A stretch of DNA of 64,000 bases from Squalus acanthias (lineage: Eukaryota): positions 2,914,001-2,978,000 of the forward strand of contig JASTWF010000035.1 of NCBI GenBank assembly GCA_030390025.1. The letters run 5' to 3'. Position numbers and translations under genes: made by a program. Positions 24,281-37,593 of the stretch are shown piece by piece. Each line of letters opens with the position of its first letter. The first letter of the stretch is position 1. Under the pieces are notes generated by a model. It had not been told where the DNA came from and made no database searches. It saw only the letters and a list, made by a program, of their open reading frames with translations.

Positions 24281-27200
24281 GGGAACGGTAGCATAGTGGT
24301 TATGTTACTGGACTAATGATATGGCGACATGAGTTCAAATCCTACCATGACAGCTGGGGAATTTAAATTCAGATAAATAAATAAATCTGCAATAAAAAGT
24401 TCGTATCAGTAATGGTGACCCTGTAACTACCGGATTGTTGTAAAAACCTATCTGATTCACGAATATCCTTTAGGGAAGGAAATCTACTGTCCTTACCCGG
24501 TCTATATGTGACTCCAGACCCACACCAATGTGGTTGACTTTTAACTGCCCTCTGAAATAGTCGAGCAAGCAACTCAGTTGTACCAACCCGCTACGCTAAA
24601 AATAAAACCGGACGGACCACCCAGCATCGGATTTGGACACAACAAAGGCACACCCAGCCTAGTCAACCCTGCAAAATCCTCCTCACTAACATCTGCGGAC
24701 TTGTGCCAAAATTGGGATAGCTGTCCCACAGACTAGTCGAGCAGCAGCCTGACATAGTCATACTCACAGAATCATACCTTTCAGCCAACGTCCCAGACTC
24801 CTCGGTCACCATTCCTGGGTATATCCTGAACCACCGGCACAGGTCGCGGCATGATGGTATACAGTTGGGGGCAGTGGCCCTGCGAGTCCTCAACATTGAC
24901 TCCAGACCCCATGAAGTCTCATGGCATCAGGCCAAACATGGGCAAGGAAACCTCCTGCTGAAAGGAAACCGCCCTCCCTCAGCTGATGAATCAGTACTCC
25001 TCCATGTTGAACAACAATTGGAAGAAGCACTGAGGGCAGCAAGGGCACAGAATGTACTCTGGGTGGGGGACTTCAATGTCCATCACCAAGAGTGACTTGG
25101 TAGCACCACTACTGACCGAGCTGGCTGAGTCCTGAAGGACATAGCTGCTAGACTGGACTTACGACAGGTGATGAGAGAACCAACATGAGAGAAAAACCTA
25201 CTTGACCTCGTCCTCACCAATCTACCTGTTACAAATGCATCTGTCCACGACGGCATTGGTAGCAGTGACCACCACACAGTCATTGTGGAGACGAAGTCCC
25301 GTCTTCACATTGAGGACACCCTCCATCGTGTTGTATAACACAACCACCGTGCTAAATGGGATAGATTCAGAACAGATCTAGCAGTTCAAAACTGGGCATC
25401 CATGAGGCGCTGTGGGCCATCAGCAGCAGCAGAATTGTATTCCACCACAATCTGTAACCTCATGGCCCGGCATATCCCGCACTCTACCATTACCACCAAG
25501 CCAGGGGACCAACACAGGTTCAATAAGGAGTGCAGAAGAGCATGTCAGGAGCAGCACCAGGCGTACCTAAAAATGAGGTGCCAACCTGGGGAAGCTGCAA
25601 CACAGGACTAAATGTATGCTAAACAGCGGAAGCAGCATGCTATAGACAGAGCTAAGCAATCCCACAATCAACGGACCAGATCAAAGCTCTGCAGTCCTGC
25701 CACATCCAGTCGTGAATGGTGGTGGACCATTAAACAACTAACGGGAGGAGGAGGTTCCATGAATATCCCCATCCTCAATGATGGCGGAGCCCAGCAGGTG
25801 AGTGCAAAAGACAAGGCTCAAGTGTTTGCAACCATCTTCAGCCAGAAGTGCCAAGTGGATGATCCATATCGGCATTCTCCTGAGGTCCCCACCATCACAG
25901 AAGCCAGTCTTCAGCCAATTCGATTCACTCCACGTGATATCAAGAAACGGCTGAGTGCAAAGGCTATATCCTGGCTGTCATGCTGAAGACTTGTACTGCA
26001 GAACTAGCCACACCTCTGACCAAGCTATTCCAGTACAGCTACAACACTGGCATCTACCCGACAAAGTGAAAATTTACCCAGGTATGTCCTGTCCACAAAA
26101 AGCAGGACAAATCCAATCCCACCAATTACCGCCCCATCAGCCTACTCTCAATCATCAGCAAAGTGATGGAAGGATTCGTTAAGTGCTACTCATCAATAAC
26201 CTGCTCACCGATGCTCATTTTGGGTTCCGCCAGGACCATTCGGCTCCAGACCTCATTACAGCCTTGGTCCAAACATGGACAAAAGAGCTGAATTCCAGAG
26301 GTGAGGTGAGAGTGACTGCCCTTGACATCAAGGCAGCATTTGATCGAGTGTGGCATCAAGGAGCCCTAGTAAAATTGAAGTCAATGGGAATCAGGGGGAA
26401 AACTCTCCACTGGCTGGAGTTATACCTAGCAAAAAAGAAGATGGTTGTGGTTGTTGGAGGCCAATTATTTCAGCCCCAGGACATCACTGCAGGAGTTTCT
26501 CAGGGCAGTGTCCCAGGTCCAACCATCTTCAGCTGCTCCATCAATGACCTTCGCTCCATCATAAGGTCAGAAGTGGGGATGTTCGCTGATGATTGCAGTG
26601 TTCAATTCCATTCGCAACTCCTCAGATAATGAAGCAGTCTGTGCCCGCATGCAGCAAGACCTGGACAACATTCATGCTTGGGCTGATAAGGGGAAAATAA
26701 CATTCGCACCACACAAGTGCCTGGCAATGACTATCTCCAACAAGAGAGAGTCTAACAACCTCCCCTGGACATTCAACGGGATTACCATCGTCAAATCTCC
26801 CACCATCAACATCCTGGGGGTCACCATTGACCAGAAACTTAACAGGATCATCCTCAAAATACTGTGGCTACAAGAGCAGGTAGTTGAGTATTCTGCGGCG
26901 AGTGACTCACCTTCTGACTCCCCAAAGCCTTTCCACCATCTACAACGCACAAGTCAGGAGTTTGGTGGAATAGTCTCCACTTGCCTGGATGAGTGCAGCT
27001 TCAACAACACTCAAGAAGCTCGACACCATCCAGGACAAAGCAGCCCGCTTGATTGGCACCCCATCCACCACCTTAAACATTCACTCCCTCCACTACCTGC
27101 GCACTGTGACTGCAGTGTGTACCATCTACAAGATGCACTGCAGCAACTCGACAAGGCTTCTTCGACAGCACCTCCCAATCCCGCGACCTCTTCCACCTAG

Positions 27201-27479
27201 AAGGACAAGGGCAGCAGGCGCATGGGAACACCACTACCTCCAAGTTCCCCTCCAAGTCACACAGCATCCTGACTTAGAAGTATATCGCCGTTCCTTCATC
27301 GTCGCTGGGTCAAAATCCTGGAACTCCCTCCCTAACAGCACTGTGGGAGTACCTTCACCACACGGACTACAGCGGTTCAAGAAGGCGGCTCACCACCACC
27401 TTCTCAAGGGCAACTAGGGATGGGCAATAAATGCTGGCCTTGCCAGCGACTCCTACATCCCGTGAACGAATAAAAAAAA
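24281..27479 (+). mobile_element. ORF1-less CR1-group LINE with tRNA-derived head (APE plus RT, decayed)
   Basis: A box TAGCATAGTGG 24289-24299, B box GTTCAAATCC 24333-24342; APE starts ~24670 (LLTNICGL, PDIVILTESYL, WVGDFNVH, SDH); RT ALDIKAAFDRVWH, QGSV.GP, MFADD; A-rich end. Confidence 0.85.
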
Positions 27480-27834
27480 CTCAAAGTTAAGTGCAAATTT
27501 TACATGGTTCATCGGAGGGAATGGGCTGAAGGTCTTGGGAGTCTATTAGAGGAAGGGGCTGATGGCCAATTGGAGGGAATGGATCTGATGGTCCTTTTAG
27601 AGGAATAGGCCAAATGGCCTTTTTCTGTTTTGTACTTATGTTGTTGACCTTTCTACAGCCAAGTACTGTCACCCTTTCTTTAGCCCCATGAATGTAAAAT
27701 TTCTTCATCCATCACAACATTCTTGCAGCCACTTATAATGGAGCTCTCTGTCTCATTTACTGTACAGATGTCTGTTTTCCTTTTTGATAACCTTTTTGAC
27801 TCATTTAAAATTGATTTTCCTTCCCACCTTTTAG

Positions 27835-27899
27835 TTCCCACAGCTCCATGTATATCTCCCTATCCACAAAGGGCTCCGATGTCCCATCTAGCCAGTCGA
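27835..27899 (+). CDS. Putative host exon (gene A, cytoplasmic)
   Basis: Acceptor ttttccttcccaccttttag|; (V)PTAPCISPYPQRAPMSHLASR; donor gtacgt at 27900 (phase 0). Alternatives: gtagga at 27904, or read-through to TAA at 27914. Confidence 0.5.
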
Positions 27900-30270
27900 G
27901 TACGTAGGATTTAAGGCTCCAGCACCAGTGATGTGAGTCCAGTGGGAAGACGCTTGACCATGTTCACCAGTCAGTGAAGCCTAGGTTTTGGAGACCATAT
28001 CCGCAGGGTACGTCTTAATCTTCAAATTCAAGGGCACAGTCACAGTGCCACATTTGGGAGTCCCCAGAGGGAGCTATCTTTTTAAATGAGATGACTAATC
28101 TGTTGAACTCTCAGGCAACCAGTGAGGTGCCACGCCATCAAGGAGTCCGTTTTATTTATGCTACATTTTGGCATCCATTATATTAAGAATATAAAAACAA
28201 TGGAAAAGATGTAGTGAAGATTCACGGGATGTTACTAGAGGTGAGGGGTTTACAGTTATCAAGGGAGTCTTGAGATGTTGAGGCTTTTTTTGCTGAAAAA
28301 CTTAAGGGATGACGTGATAGCAGTCTTCAAGATTATAAAGCGTGATTGTGGGTAAATAATGACAGATTGTTTCCACTGCTTGGCGAGACAGTAACAAGAG
28401 AGCACAGAAAGAATTAAATGGGAGGTTAGAACATAAGCCAGTTGTTGTCAATAAAATTATTTCCCTGGTAGTTTGAGGGGGAAACTCAAAAAGGACACCC
28501 TACAAACTATCAGGCAAGTACTGTCCCCTCTACAACCATAGTCACTTAGCTACATGATTCCTTCAGTGAAACATTTCTGTGCTTTCCATCCGTCCGCCCA
28601 TTGTGTTCTGCCCTGAGGCAGGTCCCAACTCGTTTCTTGAGCCATTTACCAGGGAAAAGTAGCTGAGGTGCTTTCCCTTTGCCTTCCTCACGGCTTTTAC
28701 ATTCTCCTAGGTGGGCTAAAGAGCCCCACATACCCTTTACAATGGTGGGGAACCACCTGCACCCATCGGACGAAAATACCCTCGCAGGACATCGACCCAC
28801 TATTCAGAGCCGGCTGTCTGGAGTGAGGTCCAAACCAAACCCTTTGACTTAGAGGCGGGAATACCACCCCAGAGCCAGTGTCACATTGTCCAGAAGCAAG
28901 TCCCTTGCTGGATGTCAGCCCAGTATTTGGAGACTATATTCTAGTCTCCACTCCTATGCTTTCCAGAAATAGGCAAATGCAACTGATCCAAGGTTTTTTG
29001 TAGTCCAGTCTTCATACCAAGCATGTCTTTCAATGATGGCCATACTCATTTTCCCAAATCAGTGTACCCAATCCGAGCAGCTTTTTGGTTCAGGGTCTTT
29101 CTCTGAAAACCACCCAACATGACTAACTCTACTCTATTAGCTTTCCAGCTCAATTCTAACTATAAACATTGTGGGGTTCTCATAGTTTCAGATACAAGAT
29201 TCCTTGTCAGATATCCACAGCTCCAGAATGTGCACATGCCACCACATGACTTCCTGTACATTGATAGGCAGAATAACAGACACTGGCTCAGGCACAAACC
29301 ACCAGACAACATTCAGCAGCTGATCAGTACTCAGTACAAACAGTATACTTACATTCATTACAAATTTTCCTGCTCTCTTCAAAATGCCAAAACAGCTATG
29401 TTTTTGCATCTCTTCTAACCTTACCCTAGAGTGTTCCAGCTCTTATATTTTACATCGTGCTCATGTAGGGTCCCAATTCCACAAAGCTTTGAGTGTCTAT
29501 CCTTGCCTTGAGATCTCAGTAAGCTGTCGTTAACATTTACTCACAAGTGAACTGGACTAGTTTATGTCTCCATAAGATCTCACTTCTAGTCTTCAAAGCA
29601 GTAGAGACCACGCTTAAAGTTTAAAGTATGAAATGAATCTATTAAACAAATAGTAAAGTGAATAATCTAACAGTGATATATAATTATCAATTTTACAGTA
29701 GAACATATTTTACCTATTTCCTTGAATAGATAAAGTAATAAATGATCACAACTTTATAAACTGATCTCATCTTTTATAATTGACTTTTAAGTACCCAGTG
29801 TGTTTTTCTGTCTTTCAAGAATATTAATGTTCTCAGTTGTTATCCAACTATCTCCTGACTGTCTTTCTGAGATTTTAAACCGCCCAAGAGAGTCTCCAAA
29901 TTCTAACTGCCCAGAATCAAACCAAATTGTGGCTTTTATACACCAATAATAGGTCTGACAGAACAGCCAGGGTTTCGAATATCTGACCTCTTAAATTCAA
30001 AAGGGAACTGTCAGTCAAAAACAAACTCAACCAAACACAAATTCTGTATATATTTGAACACCATGTGTTGGATTCCCTGGTGTCTTCTACCAGCAAGACC
30101 ACACCCTCATCAAACTCTGCAGCATTCTGTCAGTATGGCCTTTAGTTTGCTGCTAAACTCCCTCAGCACAATGTTTGAATTTTAGAGTGACAGCTACCAA
30201 AAGAACAATAGACCAGAATGCATCATATCTGTTAAAACATCCTGTTCTAATCCTCAATATAAAATGGATC

Positions 30271-30833
30271 CTTTTTTTTATTCATTCGCGGGATGTGTGC
30301 GTCACATGTAAGGCCGGCATTTACTGCCCATCCCTACAACAACAACGCATTTATATAGCCCCTATAAAGTAGTAAAACGTCCCAAGACACTTCACAGGAA
30401 CGTTATCAGATAGAATTTGACACCAAGCCACATGAGATATTAGGACAGGTGACCAAAAACTTAGTCAAAGGGCATTAATGAGTTAACAAGCATCTTAAAG
30501 GAGGAGAGAGAGGCGGAAGGTTCCCTAGTTACCCAACTGAGTGGCTTGCTAGGCCACTTCAGAGGGCAGTTAGAGTCAACCACGTTGGTGTGGGACTGTC
30601 GCATATCGGCCCAGACCGGGTAAGGACAGCAGGTTTCCTCCCCTAAAGAACATTCGTGAACCAGTTAGGGTTTTATGACAATTCGATAGCTTCGTGGTCA
30701 CTTTTCCTGACACCAGCTTTTTATTTCCAGAATTTTAAAACTGAATTCAAATTCTCTACCTGCCATGATAGGATTTGAACTCACGTTCTCTGGATTATTA
30801 GTCCGGTGACATATCGACTACATTATCATCCCC
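30271..30833 (-). mobile_element. SINE-like short form of the 24281-27479 element, interrupted by an L2 tail
   Basis: Same head and same 3' ~70 bp joined directly; the L2 piece 30337-30521 is flanked by TCCCTA/TCCCTA. Confidence 0.8.
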
Positions 30834-31654
30834 AGGTTATTAGCCCTGTATCTGCTGGTTTCAGACTGACTGCCTCCACTTGCAATTCAGACAATTTACT
30901 GGCCAAGTTCTTTTGAAGATAAAATGAGAACAAAGGAAATTAAAAATTGTATTTCTCTCAACTACCTTAGATGATCAGCTATTCACAGGTTGAGAGTTAC
31001 ATGGGATGTTTGTCCCAAGCATTTTGAATGATCTGTCATTAACATTTTTCCAGCCAGCTATCAGGAATAATACTAGACAGAATGACATCAGTGGCTCCAC
31101 ACTCAGCAAACATTAGCACATTAAACCCCTTTTGTTGAAGAGGAACAGACCAGACTGTACAACTTGCAGACACGGCTAGCAATAACCAAGTTTGACCTTG
31201 TGAGTGGTGTGACCAGAAAGAAAGAATCCAATAAGTAAAAGTGTTTCTGTTTTGCCATACGAACCTCATACAAACCTTTTACACCAAGACTAGAGGTTCC
31301 TTGATGTTCAGATTGACGTCCAGATGCAGTTGAATGCAAAGAAGCCCAAGCATTGGTACTACGTGCAGGAATCATTAACTGTTCCAGCACAGAAACAGGC
31401 CATTCAGTCCATCAAGTCTGAACCAGTGCTTTTTTCACGTGAGCCGTCTGATCTATCCTCACTCTCTTGTTTGCTCCCCATACCATTTAATATTCATCTT
31501 TATTCAAGCTGTTTTCTAATTCCCTTTTCACAGAATTTATGAACTCTACTTTAACAATGATTTGTGACAGAGAACTCCACATTCCTCTACCTTTCCATTA
31601 CTGTCTCACTGACCAGTGGAAACAATATACCACGATGTACCTTTTTATAACCCC

Positions 31655-31672
31655 AGGCGTGGCTCAGTGGCC

Positions 31673-31710
<38 letters not shown>

Positions 31711-31760
31711 GTCCCACTCCAGAGACTTGAGCACAAAATCTAGGCTGACACTCCAGTGCA
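31655..31760 (+). mobile_element. Deu-core SINE (SacSINE1-like) tRNA head
   Basis: tggctcagtgg and gttcaagtccc boxes, followed by gctgacactccagtgcagtactgaggg. Confidence 0.75.
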
Positions 31761-32247
31761 GTACTGAGGGAGCGCCGCACTGTTGGAGGGGCAGTACTGA
31801 GGGAGTGCTGCACTGTCGGAGGGGCAGTACTGAGGGAGCGCCGCACTGTCGGAGTGGGCAGTACTGCAGTACTGAGGGAGCACTGCACTGTCGGAGGGGC
31901 AGTACTGAGGGAGTGCTGCACTGTCGGAGGGGCAGTACTGAGGGAGCGCCACACTGTCGGAGGGGCAGTACTGAGGGAGCGCCGCACTGTCGGAGGGGCA
32001 GTACTGAGGGAGCGCCGCACTGTCGGAGGGGCAGTACTGAGGGAGCGCCGCACTGTCGGAGGGGCAGTACTGAGGGAGCTCCGCACTGTCGGAGGGGCAG
32101 TACTGAGGGAGCACCGCACTGTCGGAGGGGCAGTACTGAGGGAGCGCTGCACTGTCGGAGGGGCAGTACTGAGGGAGCGCTGCACTGTCGGAGGGGCAGT
32201 ACTGAGGGAGCGCTGCACTGTCGGAGGGACAGTACTGAGGGAGCGCT
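31758..32247. repeat. 33-bp minisatellite (~14 copies) amplified from the SINE body
   Basis: Unit cagtactgagggagcgccgcactgtcggagggg; a single copy is seen at ~33232-33263. Confidence 0.92.
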
Positions 32248-32255
32248 ATGATCAA

Positions 32256-33170
32256 TCATAGAAATTTACAGCACGGAAGGAGGCAATTTCAGCCCATCAT
32301 GTCCGCACCGGCCAACAAAGAGCTATCCAGCCTAATCCCACTTTCCAGCTCTTGGTCCGTAGCCCTGGAAACATAGAAACTAGGAGCAGGAGTAGGCCAT
32401 TCGGCCCGTCGATCCTGCGCCACCATTCAATACGATCATGGCTGATCATCCAAATCCAGTACCCTGTCCCTGCTTTCTCACACAGAATCCCCACATAGAG
32501 CCTGCACCAATCCCACCCTATCCCCGTAACACCCACGTATTTAATTCCCCCCTAACACTAAGGGTCAATTTATCATAGCCAAATCAACATAACCCTCACA
32601 TTTTTTTTTTTTTGGACTGTGGGAGGAAACCGGAGCACCCGGAGGAAACCCACGCAGACACGGGGAGAATGTGCAAACTCCACACAGACAGTCACCCGAG
32701 GTCAGATTCGAACCCGGGTCCCTGGCGCTGTGAGGCACCAGTGCTAACCACTATGCCACCGTGTTGCGGCACTTCAAGTGCACATCCAAGTACTTTTTAA
32801 ATGCGATGAGGGTTTGTGCCTCTGCCACCCTTTCAGGCAGTGAGTTCCAGACCCCCACCACCCTCTGGGTGAAGAAATATCCCCTCTCAACCTCCGACCA
32901 ATTACTTTAAATCTATGCCCCCTGGTTGTTGATCCCTCTGCTAAGGGAAATAGGTCCTTTCTATCCACTCTATCGAGGCCCCTCATAATTTTATGCACCT
33001 CAGTAAGGTCTCCCCTCAGCCTCCTCTGTTCCAAAGAAAACAACCCCAGCCTAGCCAGTGTTTCCTCATAGCTAAAATTCTCCAGCCCAGGCAACATCCT
33101 TGTAAATCTCCTCTGTACCCTCTCTAGTGCAATCACATCTTTCCTGTAATGTGGTGACCAGAACTGCATG
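32256..33170 (-). mobile_element. CR1 3' fragment containing a second HE1-like SINE (~32368-32766, -)
   Basis: ORF 32774-33169 has CR1 motifs; the SINE is the reverse complement of 14108-14537. Confidence 0.88.
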
Positions 33171-33179
33171 CACTATGGC

Positions 33180-35358
33180 ACTATTTCAAAGAAGAGCAGG
33201 GGAGCACAAACATCTAGGCTGACACTCCAGTGAGTACTGAGGCAGTGCTGCACTGTCGGAGGTGCCGTCTTTCACATGAGATGTTAAACCAAGGCCCTGT
33301 CTGCTCTCTAAAGTGGACGTAAAAGATTCCAATGCACTATTTTGAAGAAGAGCAGGGAACACATAAGAACATAAGAAATAGGAGCAGGAGTAGGCCAATC
33401 GGCCCCTCGAGCCTGCTCCGCCATTCAATAAGATCATGGCTGATCTGATCCTAACCGCCAATCTACTATCTATCACAGAACCATCTCCTGCATCTAACAG
33501 AATTGCACACACGAAATAGGAGCAGAATCAGGCTACAAGGTCCCTGGGCCCGCTCCACTACCCACAGGGCCATGACCGATCCGAACCTAGACTCATGTCC
33601 AAATTCCTGCCCGCTCCCCGTAACCCTTAATGCCCTTTACTTCTAGGAAACTGTCTATTTCTGTTTTAAATTTATTTAATGATGTAGCTTCTACAGCTTT
33701 TTGTGGCAGCATATTCCATGGACCTACCACCCTCTGAGTGAAGTAGTTCCTCCTCATCTCAGTTTTGAAAGAGCAGCCCCTTATTCTAAGACTATGTCCC
33801 CTAGTTCTAGTCTCACCCATCATCGGGAACATCCTCCCCGCATCCACCCGATCCAACCCCTTCACAATCTTATATATTTCAATAAGATCGCCTCTCATTC
33901 TTCTGAACTCCAATGAGTAGAGTCCCAATCTACCCAACCTCTCCTCATATGACCACCCCCTCATCCCCGGGATTAACCGAGTGAACCTTTTTTGCACTGC
34001 CTCGAGAGCAAGGATGTCTTTCCTTAAGTAAGGACACCAAAACTGTATGCAGTATTCCAGGTGCGGTCTCACCAATACCTTGTACAACTGAAGCAATACC
34101 TCCCTATTTTTATATTCTATCCCCCTAGCAATGAAAGCCAACATTCCATTTGCCTTCTTAATCACTTGCTGCACCTGCATACTAACCTTTTGAGTTTCGT
34201 GCACCAGGACCCCCAGATCCCTTTGCACTTCAGTACTCTCCAGTTTCTTGCCATTAAGATAATAAATTGCTCTAGGATTTTTCCTGCCAAAGTGCATCAC
34301 CTCACACTTTCCAGTGTTGTATTCCATCTGCCAAATCTCTGCCCACTTACTTAGCCTGTCTATGTCCCCTTGCAGGTTTTTTATGTCCTCCTCACTCACT
34401 ACTTTCCCTCCCATCTTTGTATCATCTGCAAATTTTGATATGTTACACTTGGTCCCTTCCTCAAAATCGTTAATATAGATTGTAAAGAGTTGGGGACCCA
34501 GCACTGACCCCTGTGGAACACCACTAGTTACTGATTGCCAGTCTGAGAATGAACCATTTATCCCAACTCTTTGCTTTCTGTTAGATAGCCAATCCTCTAT
34601 CCATGCCAGAATATTACCCCCAATCCCGTGATTTTTTACCTTAAGCAATAATCTTTTGTGTGGCACCTTGTCAAATGCCTTTTGGAAGTCCAAATACACC
34701 ACGTCCACTGGTTCCCCTTTATCCACTCTATATGTTACTTCCTCAAAGAACTCCAGCAAATTTGTCAAACATGACTTCCCCTTCGTAAAACCATGCTGAC
34801 TTTGTCCTATTAAATTATGATTATCCAAATGTCCTGTTACTGTTTCCTTAATAATGGACTCCAAAATTTTACCTACCACAGATGTTAGGCTAACCGGTCT
34901 ATAGTTACCAGCCTTCTGTCTACTGCCCTTTTTAAATAAGGGTGTTACATTAGCAGTTTTCCAGTCTGCCGGGACCTTAGCGGAATCCAGGGAGTTTTGA
35001 AAAATTATTACCAATGCATCTACAATCCCTACCGCCACTTCCTTCAAGACTCTAAGATGTAAGCCATCAGGTCCAGGTGATTTATCCGCCTTGAGTCCCA
35101 TTATTTTACCGAGTACCACTTCCTTAGTTCTCCCCGGTGTCCTGGGGCCAATATTTATCCCTCAATCAACATCACAAAATCAGATTATTTGGTCATTATC
35201 ACATTGCTGTTTGTGGGAGCTTGCTGTGCGCAAATTGGCTGCCGCGTTTCCTACATTACAACAGTAACTACACTTCAAAAGTACTTCATTGGCTGTAAAG
35301 CACTTTGGGACGTCTTGAGGTTGTGAAAGGCGCTATAGAAATGCAAGTCTTTCTTTCC
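33180..35358 (+). mobile_element. Deu-core SINE body split by CR1 (33180-33358 and 35126-35358)
   Basis: gaagaagagcaggg|agttctccccggtgtcctgg continuity; L2-like tail ggcgctatagaaatgcaagtctttc. Confidence 0.75.
33362..35125 (-). mobile_element. Young 5'-truncated CR1 with open 508-aa RT region
   Basis: ORF 33593-35119: NYRPVSLTS, YLDFQKAFDKVPH, GVPQGSVLGP, FADD. Confidence 0.95.
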
Positions 35359-35709
35359 TGGAATTCCCTTCCTAAACCATTGTAGGAGCACCATTATTAC
35401 ACGGACTGCAACAGTTTAAGACAGCCCACCACCACCTTCTGAGGGTAGCTAGGGATGGGAATAATTACGACCTTGTCAGCATCACCCACATCCCAAGAAT
35501 AAAAGTTTCAATGACTGGAAACCTTCAACCTTGCTGTCATCCCAGTAAATCTACACTGAACCTCTTTCATTTCTTTTATGTTCTTGCTATAATCGAGTAC
35601 AGTATTCCAACTTCAGGCTAATAAAGGTCTTGTACAAGTTCAACATTACCTACTTTTGTATTCTATAGCTCTAGATATAAAATCAAGGATTCCATTTGTC
35701 TTCAAAAAA

Positions 35710-36700
35710 CCCTTGACCCATCCATGCTCTCCAACAACTGCCCATCTCTAACCTCCCTTTCCTCTCTTAAGGTTCTTGAACACATCGTTGCCTCCAAACT
35801 CCAAGCTTATCAAAACTCCCTGCGTGAATCTATCCATTCCAGTATCTGCCCTGTTCAAAGTACCAAGACGGCTGTGCCTAATAGCAAAAATGAAAACCTC
35901 TGTAATTGTATTGTTATACTTCGTTGTTCGTGACTTCTGTGTAACATACAGAGGGCACGCCATCCTCCTAAATTGCTTCTCTTGTCCGCCTCTGTGTGAC
36001 TGCCCTTATATGGCTCCAGTCCAACATAGCCAGCACCTATGCAGCAATGGCTTCCTGCTCCTGCACCATTGGAGTATCTCAGGATTTTATGCTTGGCCCA
36101 CTCTTCTTCCTCATCTACATGCTGCCACTCAGTTACATCATGCATGGGATCAGCTTCCATAGGTATGCTGATGATGCCCAGCTCTACCTGTCCACCACCT
36201 CTCTCAATCCAATGACTGTGTCTGCTGCCAGATTTCCTGTCTGATGTCAAGTCATAGATGAGCCACAACTTCTCCAACTTAATATCAGGAAGACTGAAGC
36301 CATTGTTTTGTCCACTGCCATAAATTGTTCCCGTGCCACTAATTCTATTCCCATGCCCAGCCAATCGCTCAGGCTAAAGGAGACTATGTAAAAACCTCAG
36401 TGTTCTGTTCAACCCTGGGCCCAGCTCCACCATTTGAGCAGCTCCACCCCTATCTCAGCCTATTACCCATGCTTTTGATACTTTTACACTCAATTATTCC
36501 AACGCCCTCCTTTCTGACCTCCCATCTTCAACCTTCCACAAGCTCCAACTTGTCGAAAACACAGCTACCTGTATCCTATCCCGCTCAAAGTCCCACTTGA
36601 CAATCATTCAGTTGTTTTCTGACCTACTCTGGCTTGTTATCCCCCAAATTTAAACTTCTTATCTTCAAATCGCTCTATGGCCTTAGCCTCACCCTATTTA
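35710..36700 (+). mobile_element. Degraded L2 ORF2 fragment
   Basis: PISNLPFL.KVLEH, LGPLFFLIYMLPL, YADDAQLY. Confidence 0.75.
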
Positions 36701-37237
36701 CGCAAGTTCCTCCAACATTCATAACTTGCCAATGGTGGGTTTCTGGCTCACTGGTCCACCATCATATTAAATTTTATATAATCTCCCTATTGATCCATGA
36801 AAACTCAGCCTTCGATACTCTCCCGTTTTTCGTCACTAGAATATACTTGACTAGAACCCTTTCCAGCCCCGTTTTTAAATAAATTATTCATTCTTGGATG
36901 TGGGTGTCACTGGCAAAGCCAGCATTTATTGCCCACCCCGAGTTACCCTGAGATGGTGGTGGTGGGCCTTCTTGAATGACTGCAGTCCATGACGCTGTTA
37001 CATGGCCAGTTCTCGGATTTTGACACAGCGATGATGAAGGAACGGCGATATACGTCCAGGATGGTTTGTAACTTGGTGGGAAACTTTGATGGTGTTCCCA
37101 TGCACTTGCTGCCCTTGTCCTTCTAGGTGGTGGAGGCCGCAGGTTTGGGAGATGCTGCTGAATAAGCCTTGGCATCCTTTAGATAAAAGTGAGAAGTTGC
37201 ACAACACCAGGTTATAGTCCAACAGTTTTAGTTGAAA

Positions 37238-37275
37238 TCACAAGCTTTCGGAGCTGCTGCCCCTTCGTCAGGTGA
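37238..37275 (-). ncRNA. Minimal type I hammerhead ribozyme
   Basis: TCAC-CTGACGA-aGGGGC-agca-GCTCC-GAAAGCTT-GTGA. Confidence 0.85.
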
Positions 37276-37593
37276 AGTGAAGGAATACGAATCGGCAAAG
37301 CATATATAGACAGAGAACAATGCATGTGTAGCGTACAATGTCAGACGACTACATTTAATCCTTCTGACTGCCTTTCGTCACACCTCGGCAGAGAAACAAT
37401 CAGGTCAGCCAGGAAGGCACCACATCAAAGACATAGCAAGATACAACTGAGACAATGAGGTGGGGTCACAGGGGGTCTAATGTGTCAAATGCTGCAGTCT
37501 GTATGGAAAACCATAAACTTTAAAATTTTAACTTTTTTTTTACTGGAAATCACATCTGTGAACAAGCCAACGACGACTCGAGTCTGGATGACT

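Noticed and set aside
31758..32247. CRISPR-like 33-bp repeats (also the 42-bp and 30-bp arrays)
   Set aside because: No unique spacers, no cas genes, eukaryotic context; the units lie within and derive from TEs.
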